DNA of 64,000 nt from Flavobacteriales bacterium (GCA_011524905.1 WTJI01000055.1:76630-140629); one strand, 5' to 3'. Shown: positions 21,547 to 32,457, counted from the stretch's first letter. Numbers and translations: made by a program. Notes: generated by a model from the sequence alone, not told the origin.

Positions 21547-22433
21547 AATTAAGCGGACATGGCGTTGCCTTGATCACTCCCTTTGATAAAAATGGAGACA
21601 TTGATTTCGAGGCTTTTTACTTGCACATTGAAAGACTTATCAGTAGTAAGGTGGATTATTTGGTGGTTATGGGAACAACCGCTGAAACAGCAACACTATC
21701 TCCAACTGAAAAAAATAGGCTGCAATCTTTTGTTGTAGATACCGTCAACAGACGCTTACCGTTGGTCCTTGGCGTGGGCGGAAATGATACACAAACCGTA
21801 ACAGCTTTGCTCCAACAAACCAATCTTGAGGGCTACGCTGCGATCTTATCTGTGTGCCCTTATTATAATAAACCCAATCAGGAAGGGTTATTCCAGCATT
21901 TTGATCAAATCGCCAAGCATTCGGATTTACCAATCATCTTGTATAACGTACCTGGAAGAACATCTTGTAATTTATTACCTGACACCGTCGTCCGTTTGGC
22001 AGAGAAACATTCCAAAATTATTGGAATCAAAGAAGCTTCAGGCGATATGCTACAAGTGCAAAACCTGATTCGTAAAACTCCTGATACTTTTCAAGTTATT
22101 TCTGGTGATGATGCGCTTGCAGTACCAATCATACTTGCAGGGGGTGTTGGTGTTATCTCTGTTTTTGGGAATTTGATGCCAGACCGAATGACACAGATGA
22201 TTCACCTAGCCTTAGAAAATAGAGTGAAAGAAGCCAATAATGAACAATATGCTTTGATGGACTTGATGGAATTGTTATTTATGGAAGGTAATCCTACTGG
22301 TCTAAAGGCTGCGCTTTATCTTCAAGGCTATTGTGAAAATACTCTTCGATTGCCCTTAGTTTCAGCCTCTGAAAATCTTCTGGAAGCCCTTCGTAACGAA
22401 ATGGGCGTGTTGGAACTTATCAAGGAACGTTAA
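21540..22433 (+). CDS. dapA: 4-hydroxy-tetrahydrodipicolinate synthase
   Basis: 297 aa, GVALITPF...VVMGTTAE...YNVPGRT...IIGIKEASGD (catalytic Lys). Confidence 0.95.
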   Translation: MLKLSGHGVALITPFDKNGDIDFEAFYLHIERLISSKVDYLVVMGTTAETATLSPTEKNRLQSFVVDTVNRRLPLVLGVGGNDTQTVTALLQQTNLEGYAAILSVCPYYNKPNQEGLFQHFDQIAKHSDLPIILYNVPGRTSCNLLPDTVVRLAEKHSKIIGIKEASGDMLQVQNLIRKTPDTFQVISGDDALAVPIILAGGVGVISVFGNLMPDRMTQMIHLALENRVKEANNEQYALMDLMELLFMEGNPTGLKAALYLQGYCENTLRLPLVSASENLLEALRNEMGVLELIKER

Positions 22434-22470
22434 ATTTTAACCAAAGATTTGTTTGGTTTTTGATTTACAG

Positions 22471-22478
22471 TACCTTTG
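22471..22478 (+). promoter_or_regulatory. Bacteroidota -7 promoter box (TACCTTTG) for bamD, with an upstream TTTG
   Basis: TTTG at 22448-22451 lies about 20 nt upstream of the box. The ATG at 22496 follows. Confidence 0.5.
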
Positions 22479-22495
22479 TCCATCATTTGAAAATC

Positions 22496-23323
22496 ATGCT
22501 ACATAGGTATTTCAGTTCCCTTGTTATTTCAATGCTCATAATTGGGATGAGTGGTTGTAGTGAATACCAAAAATTACTGAATGCAGAGGGTATCTCAGAA
22601 AAATATAAAGCTGCTGAATCTTACTACAAGGCAGGGGAATACCGCAAAGCCAACCGATTGTTCGAAATGGTTATTCCATCTTACAGAGGTAAACCCCAAG
22701 CAGAACGTTTAATTTTCTTTTTTGCCAATTCCTATTTTCAGACGAAAAGTTACTATTTGGCAGCCTACCAGTTTGAAAATTTCATCAAATCGTATCCCAA
22801 GAGTAATCGTATTGCAGAGGCTCATTTCATGGCGGCAAAATCCTATTACATGAAATCGCCTATCCACAGTCTCGATCAAAAAGACACGCAAACTGCCGTT
22901 GAGAAGCTGCAAATTTTCCTTAATAACTACCCAAGTTCTGAATTTGCCCAAGAAGCCAATGCATTGATCTTAGAAATGCAAACCAAGCTAGAGCAGAAAG
23001 ATTTTGAAATTTCCAAACAGTATTATACCATCCAAGACTATAAAGCAGCTATACAATCTTTAGATATTTTTGTGGGGGAACATCCAGGCACTAAATTTCG
23101 GGAAGAAGCTTTTTATTATAAGTTCTTGGCCGCTTATGAAATTGCAACCAATAGCGTTGCAAGATTGCAAAAACAGCGTTTAGAGGATTTGACGACTTTA
23201 TACCAAACAATTATAAAATATTACCCTGAATCTATTTTTATGGGCGCATTAAATACAAAAATGGAACGCGTCAATGAACTCCTTGAGGGTTATCAATCAC
23301 AACAAAATAACACATCAAAATAA
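22496..23323 (+). CDS. bamD: Outer membrane protein assembly factor BamD (TPR lipoprotein)
   Basis: Lipoprotein signal (IIGMSGCSEY) with TPR-like repeats, in the conserved position before rpoZ-coaBC. Confidence 0.78.
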   Translation: MLHRYFSSLVISMLIIGMSGCSEYQKLLNAEGISEKYKAAESYYKAGEYRKANRLFEMVIPSYRGKPQAERLIFFFANSYFQTKSYYLAAYQFENFIKSYPKSNRIAEAHFMAAKSYYMKSPIHSLDQKDTQTAVEKLQIFLNNYPSSEFAQEANALILEMQTKLEQKDFEISKQYYTIQDYKAAIQSLDIFVGEHPGTKFREEAFYYKFLAAYEIATNSVARLQKQRLEDLTTLYQTIIKYYPESIFMGALNTKMERVNELLEGYQSQQNNTSK

Positions 23324-23335
23324 ATATCAGTTACT

Positions 23336-23665
23336 ATGACAAAGTATATGAATTCAAAAGCTTCAGTGACAACTGAAACTTATAATCGGGAGTCGATAGA
23401 ACGTCCTACTGAAAACATTTATGAGGCAATTTCCATCATAGCCAAACGTGCTACACAAATCAATTTGGACATCAAAGGCGAACTCCACGAAAAATTGGAT
23501 GAATTTGCGACCCACAATGATAGCCTAGAAGAAATTTTTGAAAATAAGGAGCAGATAGAAGTCTCCAAGTTTTACGAAAAATTACCCAAGCCGCAAGCTA
23601 TGGCCATCGAAGAATGGCTAAATGATAAAGTTTATCACCGCAACACAGACGAGGCAAGCGAATAA
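23336..23665 (+). CDS. rpoZ: DNA-directed RNA polymerase subunit omega (long Bacteroidota form)
   Basis: 109 aa with an NIYEAISIIAKRATQI omega core. Confidence 0.7.
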   Translation: MTKYMNSKASVTTETYNRESIERPTENIYEAISIIAKRATQINLDIKGELHEKLDEFATHNDSLEEIFENKEQIEVSKFYEKLPKPQAMAIEEWLNDKVYHRNTDEASE

Positions 23666-23668
23666 ACC

Positions 23669-24877
23669 ATGAGTAGGCTTCGGGGTAAAAATATAGTGCT
23701 AGGAATTTCTGCTGGAATTGCGGCCTATAAAACTCCGCTGTTGGTTCGTTTATTGAAAAAGGAAGGTGCTCGGGTCCGTATTATTCTCACTCCAAATGCC
23801 CACAAATTCGTTACACCTTTAACCCTTTCCGTTTTATCAGAAGAAGAAGTCTTAACTAGTTTTACTGCAGAAGACAAAGACAATCCCGTTTGGAATGACC
23901 ATGTTGCTATTGGCAACTGGGCCGATTTAATGTTCATAGCGCCAGCGACTGCTCATACTATTTCCTCCATGGCGCATGCCAAATGCAACAACCTGTTGAT
24001 TGCTACTTATTTATCAGCAACTTGCCCAGTAATGATCGCTCCGGCGATGGATCTAGACATGTATGGGCATCCAGCTAATCAAAAAAACTTAGAACTACTT
24101 GCATCCTACGGGCATACCGTTCTGCCCGTAGGAGAGGGCCCTTTAGCTAGCGGTCTTGTTGGTAAGGGTCGGCTTTTAGAACCTGAAATTTTAAAGGATC
24201 ATATCCTTTCCTTTTTCGATAAAAAGGGTCCACTTCAAGGCAAAAAAGTTCTAATTACTGCAGGGCCCACCTATGAAAAGATTGATCCAGTCCGTTTTAT
24301 AGGTAACTTTTCTTCAGGGAAGATGGGGGTAGCATTGGCGTGGCGTGCCTATCATTTAGGAGGCGAGGTAGATCTTGTTATTGGTCCAAATACACTCGAA
24401 CTTGTAGAATCCCCCTTCAACATTATTCCTGTTGTTAATGCCCAACAAATGCATCATGCGGTAATGAAAAGCTACCAATATGCGGATATTGTTATCTCTG
24501 CCGCTGCTGTAGCGGATTTCAGACCCAAAAATCAATCCCTATCCAAAATCAAAAAAAGTACTGCAACTGATACAATCCATTTAGAGAAAACGCCAGACAT
24601 TCTTTTTGAAATGGGCGCAAAGAAAAAGAACCAGTTTTTGGTTGGCTTCGCTTTAGAGACTGATGATGGCTTAACTGCTGCATTGGGCAAGATGAAAGAA
24701 AAAAATCTCGATGCGATTGTTCTTAATTCTCTTCAAGATGCTGGTGCCGGTTTTGCTACGGATACCAATAAAATTACTTATATTGGAAATGATGAAAAAC
24801 CAACAATCTTTCCCCTTAAAAGTAAAAAAGCTGTGGCCCAAGATATTTGGAATGAAATCATTGCACAGCGTCATTAA
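23669..24877 (+). CDS. coaBC: Bifunctional phosphopantothenoylcysteine decarboxylase / phosphopantothenate--cysteine ligase
   Basis: 402 aa. Flavoprotein N-domain (GISAGIAAYK) and a CoaB C-domain (ITAGPTYEKIDPVRFIGNFSSGKMG). Confidence 0.93.
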   Translation: MSRLRGKNIVLGISAGIAAYKTPLLVRLLKKEGARVRIILTPNAHKFVTPLTLSVLSEEEVLTSFTAEDKDNPVWNDHVAIGNWADLMFIAPATAHTISSMAHAKCNNLLIATYLSATCPVMIAPAMDLDMYGHPANQKNLELLASYGHTVLPVGEGPLASGLVGKGRLLEPEILKDHILSFFDKKGPLQGKKVLITAGPTYEKIDPVRFIGNFSSGKMGVALAWRAYHLGGEVDLVIGPNTLELVESPFNIIPVVNAQQMHHAVMKSYQYADIVISAAAVADFRPKNQSLSKIKKSTATDTIHLEKTPDILFEMGAKKKNQFLVGFALETDDGLTAALGKMKEKNLDAIVLNSLQDAGAGFATDTNKITYIGNDEKPTIFPLKSKKAVAQDIWNEIIAQRH

Positions 24878-25760
24878 TTTTCATCTATTTCTTGTATTGT
24901 TCTGCTCACCATACCTAGTGGAAGGACAAGAATTAGAAAGTCAAGTAGTCGTTAATGCTGATTTAGTAGACCAAACTAACAGACAAATTTTTGAAACCCT
25001 AGAGCAAGCTTTGAATGAATTTGTCAATTCTAGAACCTGGACCTCCAATTCATTCCTTAAGCAAGAACGAATCAAGTGCAGTTTTGTATTAACATTAACG
25101 GCATACAACAACAATAGTTTTGAAGGGAATTTACAGGTTCAATCCCAGCGGCCCATTTACGAAAGCAATTATGACAGTCCATTGTTGAATTATTTGGATA
25201 ACGATATTTCCTTTACCTATCAGGAATATCAGCCGTTAATATATAATCCAGCAGTTTTTCAGTCTAACTTGGTTTCAGTACTGAGTTTTTATATACATAT
25301 CATTTTGGGTTTAGACGCGGATAGCTTTTCGCAGAATGGCGGATCTATTTACTTTGAACAAGCACAGAAAATAGCCAATTTAGCGCAACAGACGAGTTTT
25401 AAAGGATGGAAACAAAACGATGGGATCCGCAATCGTTTTTGGTTGATTGATGCACTTCGATCCAACACTTTTAAGGAATATAGACAAGCTTTATACACGT
25501 ATCACAGAGCGGGAATGGATCAAATGATTTTAGACCCCAAAACAGCTAAAGAGACAATTGTTCAGGCAATAGAATCTTTATATGGCCTTTATACCAGACG
25601 CCCCAATGCCTTTTTATTGCAAGTTTTTTTTGATGCCAAATCACAAGAAATTGTAGATATTTTTTCTGGTGGTCCCTCCGTAGGGATTAATTCCATGCTA
25701 ACTCATTTAAGGCGAATGGCCCCTTTTTTTAATGCCCAGTGGAAAGAAATCAAATACTAA
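24852..25760 (+). CDS. DUF4835-family protein (annotated PorD-like in some Bacteroidota)
   Basis: ATG at 24852 followed by a signal peptide. Sits in the conserved coaBC-DUF4835-recN position. Overlaps coaBC by 26 nt. The longer track ORF starting at 24711 is an upstream extension. Confidence 0.65.
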   Translation: MKSLHSVINFHLFLVLFCSPYLVEGQELESQVVVNADLVDQTNRQIFETLEQALNEFVNSRTWTSNSFLKQERIKCSFVLTLTAYNNNSFEGNLQVQSQRPIYESNYDSPLLNYLDNDISFTYQEYQPLIYNPAVFQSNLVSVLSFYIHIILGLDADSFSQNGGSIYFEQAQKIANLAQQTSFKGWKQNDGIRNRFWLIDALRSNTFKEYRQALYTYHRAGMDQMILDPKTAKETIVQAIESLYGLYTRRPNAFLLQVFFDAKSQEIVDIFSGGPSVGINSMLTHLRRMAPFFNAQWKEIKY

Positions 25761-25791
25761 TTGTTTTTTTGATTATGCTCATAGGGTCTAC

Positions 25792-25799
25792 TATCTTTG
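25792..25799 (+). promoter_or_regulatory. Bacteroidota -7 promoter box (TATCTTTG) for recN
   Basis: A TTTG lies about 21 nt upstream. The box overlaps the track ORF start at 25797, which favours the TTG start at 25815. Confidence 0.45.
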
Positions 25800-25814
25800 A
25801 AAAAAAATAAAGCA

Positions 25815-27467
25815 TTGTTAACAGCACTCACGATAGATAACTATGCTCTGATAGAGCACTTGGACGTTTCTTTTGATGCTGGTATGACCAGTATTACGGG
25901 TGAAACTGGTGCCGGGAAATCCATTTTATTGGGTGCTTTATCACTGGTATTGGGTAAGCGTGCTGATCGATCTACCTTGAAGCATGCCGAAAAAAAATGT
26001 GTGATTGAAGCCCATTTTAATATTACCAGCTATGCCCTCCGCTCGTTTTTTGAAGAATCAGATTTAGAATACGCCGATACCACTATTATTAGAAGAGAAA
26101 TTGTGCCTTCGGGCAAATCAAGAGCTTTTGTAAATGACAGCCCAGTAAACCTTGACATCTTGGAACAATTGGGAAGCTTTTTGATTGATATTCACTCACA
26201 ACATCAAACCCTACAGCTTACAAAAACCGACTATCAATTTCAGGTACTGGACGCTTTGGCTGGAAACGATACCATTTTGAATCAATATCAGCAGCTCCTG
26301 GTTCAGTATAAAGCTAATGAAAAAGAACTGGTAGCACTTCGTCATCAAGTTTCTCAAGCCCAGAAAGACAGGGATTACAATCAGTTTTTATATGACGAGT
26401 TGGTTGCTGCTCAGCTGACCCCTGGGATGCTTTCTCCTCTTGAAGAAAAAGTTGATGAACTAGCAAGTGTACAAGATATTCAGCAGAGCCTACTCAGTGG
26501 CATTCAAATTATTGAAGCTGAAGACATTGGTTTAGTGCATTTGATCAGTCAATTACGCCTTGAACTAAGAACAGCAACCCAAAAATCTAAGGATTTTCGT
26601 GAACTACCCCAAAGATTAGAAAGTTTGATGACTGAATTGACCGATATCCACACCGATTTACTTGATAAACAAGCCAGTTTGGAAAGTGATCCTCAGGCAT
26701 TGATGACGGCAGAAAATCAACTACAAACAATCTATCAGTTGTTCAAAAAACATCAAGTCGATTCGGTTGAAGCCCTGATTGAGAAACGAGAATTTCTTGC
26801 CACACAACTCAATGATACAGACCAACAACAAGATCGAATCAATTACTTAATACAAGCTGTCGAAACAGCCAAGTCAGAACTCCATTCCCTGGCAATGAAG
26901 CTCCGACAAGCACGCCAACAAACTATACCTGATCTGATTGATAAAATGGAACAAATAGTCAGACGAATGGGGATGCAGAATGCTCGATTTGAAATTCAAT
27001 TAAATCCTTCCGATACATTCCTTTCCAACGGTCAGGATCAAATGGATTTTCTTTTTGCTGCTAATTTAGGGAGTCCTTTTGGTTTGCTTAAAAATGTTGC
27101 GTCTGGCGGCGAGTTGTCACGTATAATGCTAACTATCAAATCCTTACTGTCAAAATATAAAAAATTACCAAGTATTATTTTTGACGAAATAGATACAGGT
27201 GTATCAGGAGCAGTTTCGGATGAAATAGCTCAAATCATGACACAAATGGCAACTTATATGCAAGTATTTACCATAACACATTTACCGCAGGTTGCCGCCA
27301 AAGGCAATCAGCACTTTAAAGTATACAAGGTCATCTACAACGAAGGCACACAAACTCAAATAAAAGAGTTAAACAAAGATGAGCGTGTGGCAGAAATTGC
27401 TAAAATGGTTTCTGGAAAAGAAATGACTCCTACAGCTATCGAGCACGCTAAAGAATTACTGAATTAA
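25815..27467 (+). CDS. recN: DNA repair protein RecN
   Basis: LTALTIDNYALIEHL, Walker A GETGAGKS, a coiled coil, and signature SGGELSRIMLTIK. The start may be 25797 or 25815. Confidence 0.9.
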   Translation: MLTALTIDNYALIEHLDVSFDAGMTSITGETGAGKSILLGALSLVLGKRADRSTLKHAEKKCVIEAHFNITSYALRSFFEESDLEYADTTIIRREIVPSGKSRAFVNDSPVNLDILEQLGSFLIDIHSQHQTLQLTKTDYQFQVLDALAGNDTILNQYQQLLVQYKANEKELVALRHQVSQAQKDRDYNQFLYDELVAAQLTPGMLSPLEEKVDELASVQDIQQSLLSGIQIIEAEDIGLVHLISQLRLELRTATQKSKDFRELPQRLESLMTELTDIHTDLLDKQASLESDPQALMTAENQLQTIYQLFKKHQVDSVEALIEKREFLATQLNDTDQQQDRINYLIQAVETAKSELHSLAMKLRQARQQTIPDLIDKMEQIVRRMGMQNARFEIQLNPSDTFLSNGQDQMDFLFAANLGSPFGLLKNVASGGELSRIMLTIKSLLSKYKKLPSIIFDEIDTGVSGAVSDEIAQIMTQMATYMQVFTITHLPQVAAKGNQHFKVYKVIYNEGTQTQIKELNKDERVAEIAKMVSGKEMTPTAIEHAKELLN

Positions 27468-27484
27468 AAAATAAACACAAACCT

Positions 27485-28303
27485 ATGAATCATAGTATTT
27501 TAAACGGAAAAAGAGGTATTATTTTTGGGGCATTAGACCAAGAATCAATCGCATGGAAAACAGCTGAAGCAGTTTATGCAGCCGGGGGGAAATTTGTTTT
27601 GACCAATGCTCCCGTAGCCCTTAGAATGGGAACTATCAACGACTTAGGCGAAAAAACCCAAGCTCCTGTTATTCCAGCAGATGCTACTAAAATGGAGGAT
27701 TTAGAACGCCTTGTCGACCAAGCTCAGGATCATTTGGGCGGCAAGCTTGATTTTGTACTCCATTCGATCGGGATGTCTGTCAATGTAAGAAAAGGAAAAC
27801 ACTACACAGATCTCAATCATGATTGGATGGCAAAAGGCTGGGATGTTTCCGCCGTATCATTTCATAAGTTGATGCAGGTTTTATATCAAAAAGATGCCAT
27901 GAATGTGTGGGGAAGTATCCTGGCTCTATCCTACATTGCAGCGCAAAGAACATTCCCAAACTACAATGATATGGCTGATAATAAAGCCTATTTAGAGTCT
28001 ATTGCTCGAAGTTTCGGTTACTTTTTCGGGAAACATAAAAAAGTTAGGGTCAACACCATATCGCAGTCTCCCACTTTAACAACAGCCGGAAAAGGCGTAG
28101 AAGGATTAGATGGATTTTTAAATTATGCAGAAAAAACAGCTCCTTTGGGTAATGCTTCTGCAGAAGATTGTGCCAATTACTCTGTAATGATGTTTTCTGA
28201 TTATACCCGTAAAGTGACCCTCCAAAATCTTTTTCACGATGGTGGTTTTTCCAACGTTGGGGTGAGTGAAGAAATAATAGAAGCACTGGAAGATTCAAAA
28301 TAA
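27485..28303 (+). CDS. fabI: Enoyl-[acyl-carrier-protein] reductase (NADH), FabI type
   Basis: 272 aa, GKRGIIFGALDQESIAW...SYIAAQR...Y..K. Confidence 0.9.
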   Translation: MNHSILNGKRGIIFGALDQESIAWKTAEAVYAAGGKFVLTNAPVALRMGTINDLGEKTQAPVIPADATKMEDLERLVDQAQDHLGGKLDFVLHSIGMSVNVRKGKHYTDLNHDWMAKGWDVSAVSFHKLMQVLYQKDAMNVWGSILALSYIAAQRTFPNYNDMADNKAYLESIARSFGYFFGKHKKVRVNTISQSPTLTTAGKGVEGLDGFLNYAEKTAPLGNASAEDCANYSVMMFSDYTRKVTLQNLFHDGGFSNVGVSEEIIEALEDSK

Positions 28304-28310
28304 GCAGTCG

Positions 28311-29282
28311 ATGTCTGAATCCTTCCAGCAATTTAAACAAAACACCAATAGATGGGTTCCAGATAAAAATAAAATCAAATTCTTTCTTGTTTTTGTTTTG
28401 ATATCAGCTTCTTTTTGGCTGTTAACCCGCTTTTCCAACGTATATACCAGTCAACTCCAATTTGCCTATAATTACACCAACTTACCTACTGGTGTGATCA
28501 TCAATCAATCATCAATAGCACCAGTCAATCTGTGGGTTCGAGCAACAGGTTTCCAGCTCTTGTGGTATAACCTTTGGGGCAAAACTTTGGAATTGGACAT
28601 GCAAAATGTAGAATTAGATGCTACTGATGGACGATTGGCTTTGATTCCATTGCGAAATGATTTGGAACGTCAACTTTTTGAAAATGCTGAAATAACAAGG
28701 ATACAGCCCTCAACTTTTATGTTTTCATTTGATCGACTCACCGAAAAAAAAATTCCAGTGCGGCTCAATGATGCCGTTGCATTCCAAACGGGCTATCAGT
28801 ACAGAAACACGCCAAAATTGACTCCAGATTCTGTAGTTGTTTTTGGCGCAAGCGATGCACTACAAGAATTGGAGTATCTTTCGACAAATGTGTTTCAGAA
28901 AAAAAAAGTTAAAAACGATATAGACGAAAATATTGATTTGGTTGTGCCGACTTCAATTGACCAGCTTTCTCACTACGCTGTTCGCATTCAGGCTTCGGTA
29001 GACAAATATACCGAACTGACCTACGAACTACCAATTAGTGTGAATAACCTACCCGATAGTACGACCATCAAGTTGTTTCCTCAAAAAATTAGCCTACGTG
29101 TTTTAGTACCTGTAAACCAAATTGATTCGATTTCAAATGCAAATTTCGAGTTTATGGTAGACTTTGCAGAGTCACTTTCTGCTCAAAAAAAATCATTAGA
29201 TGTGACATTGAAGAAGCGCCCAGATTTTACAAAGACCATCCGATGGGAACCTCAACAAGTTGAATATTTAATTAGAAAATGA
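28311..29282 (+). CDS. YbbR-like domain-containing membrane-anchored protein
   Basis: 323 aa with an N-terminal TM helix and repeated YbbR-type beta domains. Confidence 0.65.
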   Translation: MSESFQQFKQNTNRWVPDKNKIKFFLVFVLISASFWLLTRFSNVYTSQLQFAYNYTNLPTGVIINQSSIAPVNLWVRATGFQLLWYNLWGKTLELDMQNVELDATDGRLALIPLRNDLERQLFENAEITRIQPSTFMFSFDRLTEKKIPVRLNDAVAFQTGYQYRNTPKLTPDSVVVFGASDALQELEYLSTNVFQKKKVKNDIDENIDLVVPTSIDQLSHYAVRIQASVDKYTELTYELPISVNNLPDSTTIKLFPQKISLRVLVPVNQIDSISNANFEFMVDFAESLSAQKKSLDVTLKKRPDFTKTIRWEPQQVEYLIRK

Positions 29283-29860
29283 AGATTATTGGACTTACTG
29301 GTGGGATTGGAAGTGGCAAGTCAAAAGTTTTGTCTTTTTTTCAAGACAAGGGCATACCTTGTTATCAGGCAGATTTAGCAGGACATTATGTACTGAATAA
29401 TAATCCTGAAGTCATTAAGCAAGTAAAGGCTTATTTTGGTGCTGATAGTTATACTGAAAAAGGTATTGATCGTGAAGCAATTGGCCGACGGGTTTTTCAA
29501 GATTCAGAAGCTTTGGCTTTTCTGAATAGCCTAGTACACCCTGCCGTACGTTCCGATTTCAAGTCATTTGCCGCACAACAAAAAGCACCATTTATTATCA
29601 ATGAAGTGGCAATATTATTTGAAAATGAAGGGCATTTGCGGTGTGACAAAACAATCTTAGTTACAGCACCCGAAGAAATTCGAATTGAGCGTGTTATGGC
29701 CCGTGATAGTTGTAGCGAAAAGGAAGTAAAACAACGCATGGCCAAACAATTACCTGATGCTAAAAAAATTCCACTGGCAGACTATGTTGTTGAAAACATA
29801 CATTGGGAAGACACCCTTAAACAATTACATGAAATTTATCAAGAGCTCATAGATAAATAA
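29279..29860 (+). CDS. coaE: Dephospho-CoA kinase
   Basis: 193 aa, MKIIGLTGGIGSGKS. ATGA overlap with the upstream gene. Confidence 0.92.
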   Translation: MKIIGLTGGIGSGKSKVLSFFQDKGIPCYQADLAGHYVLNNNPEVIKQVKAYFGADSYTEKGIDREAIGRRVFQDSEALAFLNSLVHPAVRSDFKSFAAQQKAPFIINEVAILFENEGHLRCDKTILVTAPEEIRIERVMARDSCSEKEVKQRMAKQLPDAKKIPLADYVVENIHWEDTLKQLHEIYQELIDK

Positions 29861-30124
29861 GTTTACCGAAGTCATTGGTAAGAGAAAATTTTTAAAATGT
29901 ATTTTTCTAACCGAGTGATGTGGTTTGGTCTACAAATCATTACAGATCATTCCCATATCAAAGCAAACAATCTTATCATCCTTAGAATGCTACTTTATCA
30001 TTTGAAATAATTGCAAATTATATTTGAGTTAAGGTTTGTTGCTTCTGCACTCGATCTAAGGAACTAAACGAAAGCCTTAACAAAGTATTAGTAAATTGGA
30101 TGCGAAATTTTCTACAATTTTGTA

Positions 30125-31741
30125 GTGCAATTAGTCTTGTTGGTGAAAAAAAATCAATTTTTCCTTTTGGTGACCCTCATGGTACTTTCGATATTTGGTA
30201 TAGTGGGTGTCCAAGCATTTTGGATATTAACTTCTTGGGAAAACAAAGAAGAAGCGTTTTCATTGGCTGTCAATCAAACCTTGCAGTCGGTCTCAAGAGA
30301 AATTCAAAACCGCGAATTGTCTGATTATATTTCTGCGTATCAAAAATTGATTGATTCAGTTGGAAGACCCACGGAATCAAATTTTACTGATATTTTCTTG
30401 TTTTTAGATGATGACAAACCCAACAATCTGTCTACATTTTTTGCTTTTGGCATACTGGAGGAAGATTACAATATCTCGGGTAGCTATTTTGATCCAGTTT
30501 TGGGTCAGCAAGACACAACCTCTATAAAAGATTACAAGGGTATCCGAACGACAACTATTTTAAAAAATGATGTTTTCAATAGAGAAAATCGTCTTACTTC
30601 TTCTATCCAAAAATTAAAGCGCATAGACCGACTCAATAGTTATGATGAGGCAAAGTATAGAGATGCCTACATGGATTATGCTAATACATTACCCATTCAC
30701 AGACGGATGAACAATCAGGAAGTGACCATGCTGCTGGATACAGAATTTCAAGATCGTGATATTCAAATTCCTTATCAATTTGGAATTTATAACGAAGGTT
30801 TAGGTACAAAAATACGCTCTACCAATTATGTAGAAACACAAGAAGGTGCTGTTTATTCCACACCAGTTTTCATTGACCAACAGGGGAACAGTCCTTATGA
30901 ACTTCGAGTAACTTTCCCCACACGTGACCGCTACGTTCTGTCATCAATTGTGGGAGTTGCAGGTCTTTCTTTTTTATTGACATTGTTTATTATTATAGTT
31001 TCAGCAGGTGCACTGTATCAAATCATTCGGCAGAAAAAAATATCTGAAATCAAGACAGATTTTATCAACAATATGTCCCATGAATTCAAAACCCCCATAG
31101 CAACTATAAATTTGGCACTAGATGCCATAGCCAATCCTAAGACGATTGATACTCCAAGCAAGGTACTGCAGTATACCAATATGATTCGAGAGGAAAATAC
31201 GCGGATGTTAACTCAGGTAGAAAACGTATTAAAAATATCTCAGTTAGAGCGAGGAACTACACTGCTTGATTGGGAACAACTTGATTTGCATGAGATCATT
31301 ATTGAAGCGATTAATCATGTTTCACTAATTGTCGAAAGTAAAGCGGGATATATAAAAAAGCATTTCAATGCACCAGAAAGCAACTTTGAAGGGGATTTTA
31401 ATCATTTCACCAATCTGATTGTGAATATTTTGGATAATGCCATAAAGTATTCTGATGGAGCTCCAGAAATTGATATTTCCACTGAAATACATGGCAAGAT
31501 GATTGTTTTGACCATACAGGATAAGGGGATAGGTATGGATACAGCTACTCAAAGAATGGTTTTTGAGAAATTTTATCGCCAAGAAGGTGGAAATGTTCAT
31601 AACATCAAAGGCCATGGACTGGGACTATCTTATGTCAAAAAGATAATTGAACTGCATCACTGCAAAATTAATTTGGAAAGCAAGAAAGGGATGGGCTCAA
31701 AATTTATCATATCAATTCCCTTAAAAAGCCCTACTAAATAA
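30125..31741 (+). CDS. Sensor histidine kinase with a large extracytoplasmic N-terminal domain
   Basis: Two TM helices flank a roughly 250-aa external domain. H-box FINNMSHEFKTPIA plus N, G1 and G2 boxes (DNAIKY, QDKGIGM, GHGLGLS). GTG start and the exact start position is uncertain. Confidence 0.85.
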   Translation: MQLVLLVKKNQFFLLVTLMVLSIFGIVGVQAFWILTSWENKEEAFSLAVNQTLQSVSREIQNRELSDYISAYQKLIDSVGRPTESNFTDIFLFLDDDKPNNLSTFFAFGILEEDYNISGSYFDPVLGQQDTTSIKDYKGIRTTTILKNDVFNRENRLTSSIQKLKRIDRLNSYDEAKYRDAYMDYANTLPIHRRMNNQEVTMLLDTEFQDRDIQIPYQFGIYNEGLGTKIRSTNYVETQEGAVYSTPVFIDQQGNSPYELRVTFPTRDRYVLSSIVGVAGLSFLLTLFIIIVSAGALYQIIRQKKISEIKTDFINNMSHEFKTPIATINLALDAIANPKTIDTPSKVLQYTNMIREENTRMLTQVENVLKISQLERGTTLLDWEQLDLHEIIIEAINHVSLIVESKAGYIKKHFNAPESNFEGDFNHFTNLIVNILDNAIKYSDGAPEIDISTEIHGKMIVLTIQDKGIGMDTATQRMVFEKFYRQEGGNVHNIKGHGLGLSYVKKIIELHHCKINLESKKGMGSKFIISIPLKSPTK

Positions 31742-31753
31742 TAGTATAACACG

Positions 31754-32455
31754 ATGGACAATAAAAAAATATTAATCGTTGAAGACGATCCTAATTTTGG
31801 AAGCATACTAAAAGACTATCTCACCCTGAATGAATACGATATTGTTTTAGCAAAAAATGGAATCGAAGGGTTTGAAAAATTCAAGAAAGAAGATTTTGAC
31901 CTTTGTATTTTGGATGTGATGATGCCTTATAAAGACGGATTTACGCTGGCTAAAGAAATACGAGAAAAAAATGACAGTATTCCAATTATTTTCTTGACCG
32001 CTAAGACATTGAAAGAAGATGTTTTAAAAGGTTTTAAATTGGGTGCAGACGATTATATCACTAAACCCTTTGATTCGGATGTTTTGTTGGCCAAGATCAA
32101 GGTGTTTTTAAATCGCAATCACAAACCCGTCCAAGTTGTTTCTGATGAATATTTATTTTCGATTGGGAAGTTTTCATTTAACTCCAAACTCAGAACGCTA
32201 GAAATATCAGACCAACCGCCTTCAAAACTATCCCCTAAAGAAAGCCAATTACTCCGCTTGTTAGCCTTGCACATTAATGATTTGTTACCCCGCGACGTGG
32301 CACTAAATAAAATTTGGCGGGATGACAATTATTTTACTTCTCGGAGTATGGATGTTTATATTGCCAAATTGCGGAAATACCTAAAAGAAGATCCAGGTGT
32401 AGAAATTCTCAATATCCATGGTGAAGGGTTTAGACTCGTAACAACTGATGAATAA
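31754..32455 (+). CDS. OmpR-family response regulator (receiver plus winged helix)
   Basis: 233 aa, KILIVEDD...ILDVMMP...LTAK, with a trans_reg_C domain. Confidence 0.9.
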   Translation: MDNKKILIVEDDPNFGSILKDYLTLNEYDIVLAKNGIEGFEKFKKEDFDLCILDVMMPYKDGFTLAKEIREKNDSIPIIFLTAKTLKEDVLKGFKLGADDYITKPFDSDVLLAKIKVFLNRNHKPVQVVSDEYLFSIGKFSFNSKLRTLEISDQPPSKLSPKESQLLRLLALHINDLLPRDVALNKIWRDDNYFTSRSMDVYIAKLRKYLKEDPGVEILNIHGEGFRLVTTDE

Positions 32456-32457
32456 GT

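Noticed and set aside
29897-30010. A 37-codon ORF in the 264-bp spacer between coaE and the histidine kinase gene.
   Set aside because: No promoter box or conservation signal is present, and the composition looks like AT-rich intergenic DNA. It cannot be supported from sequence alone.
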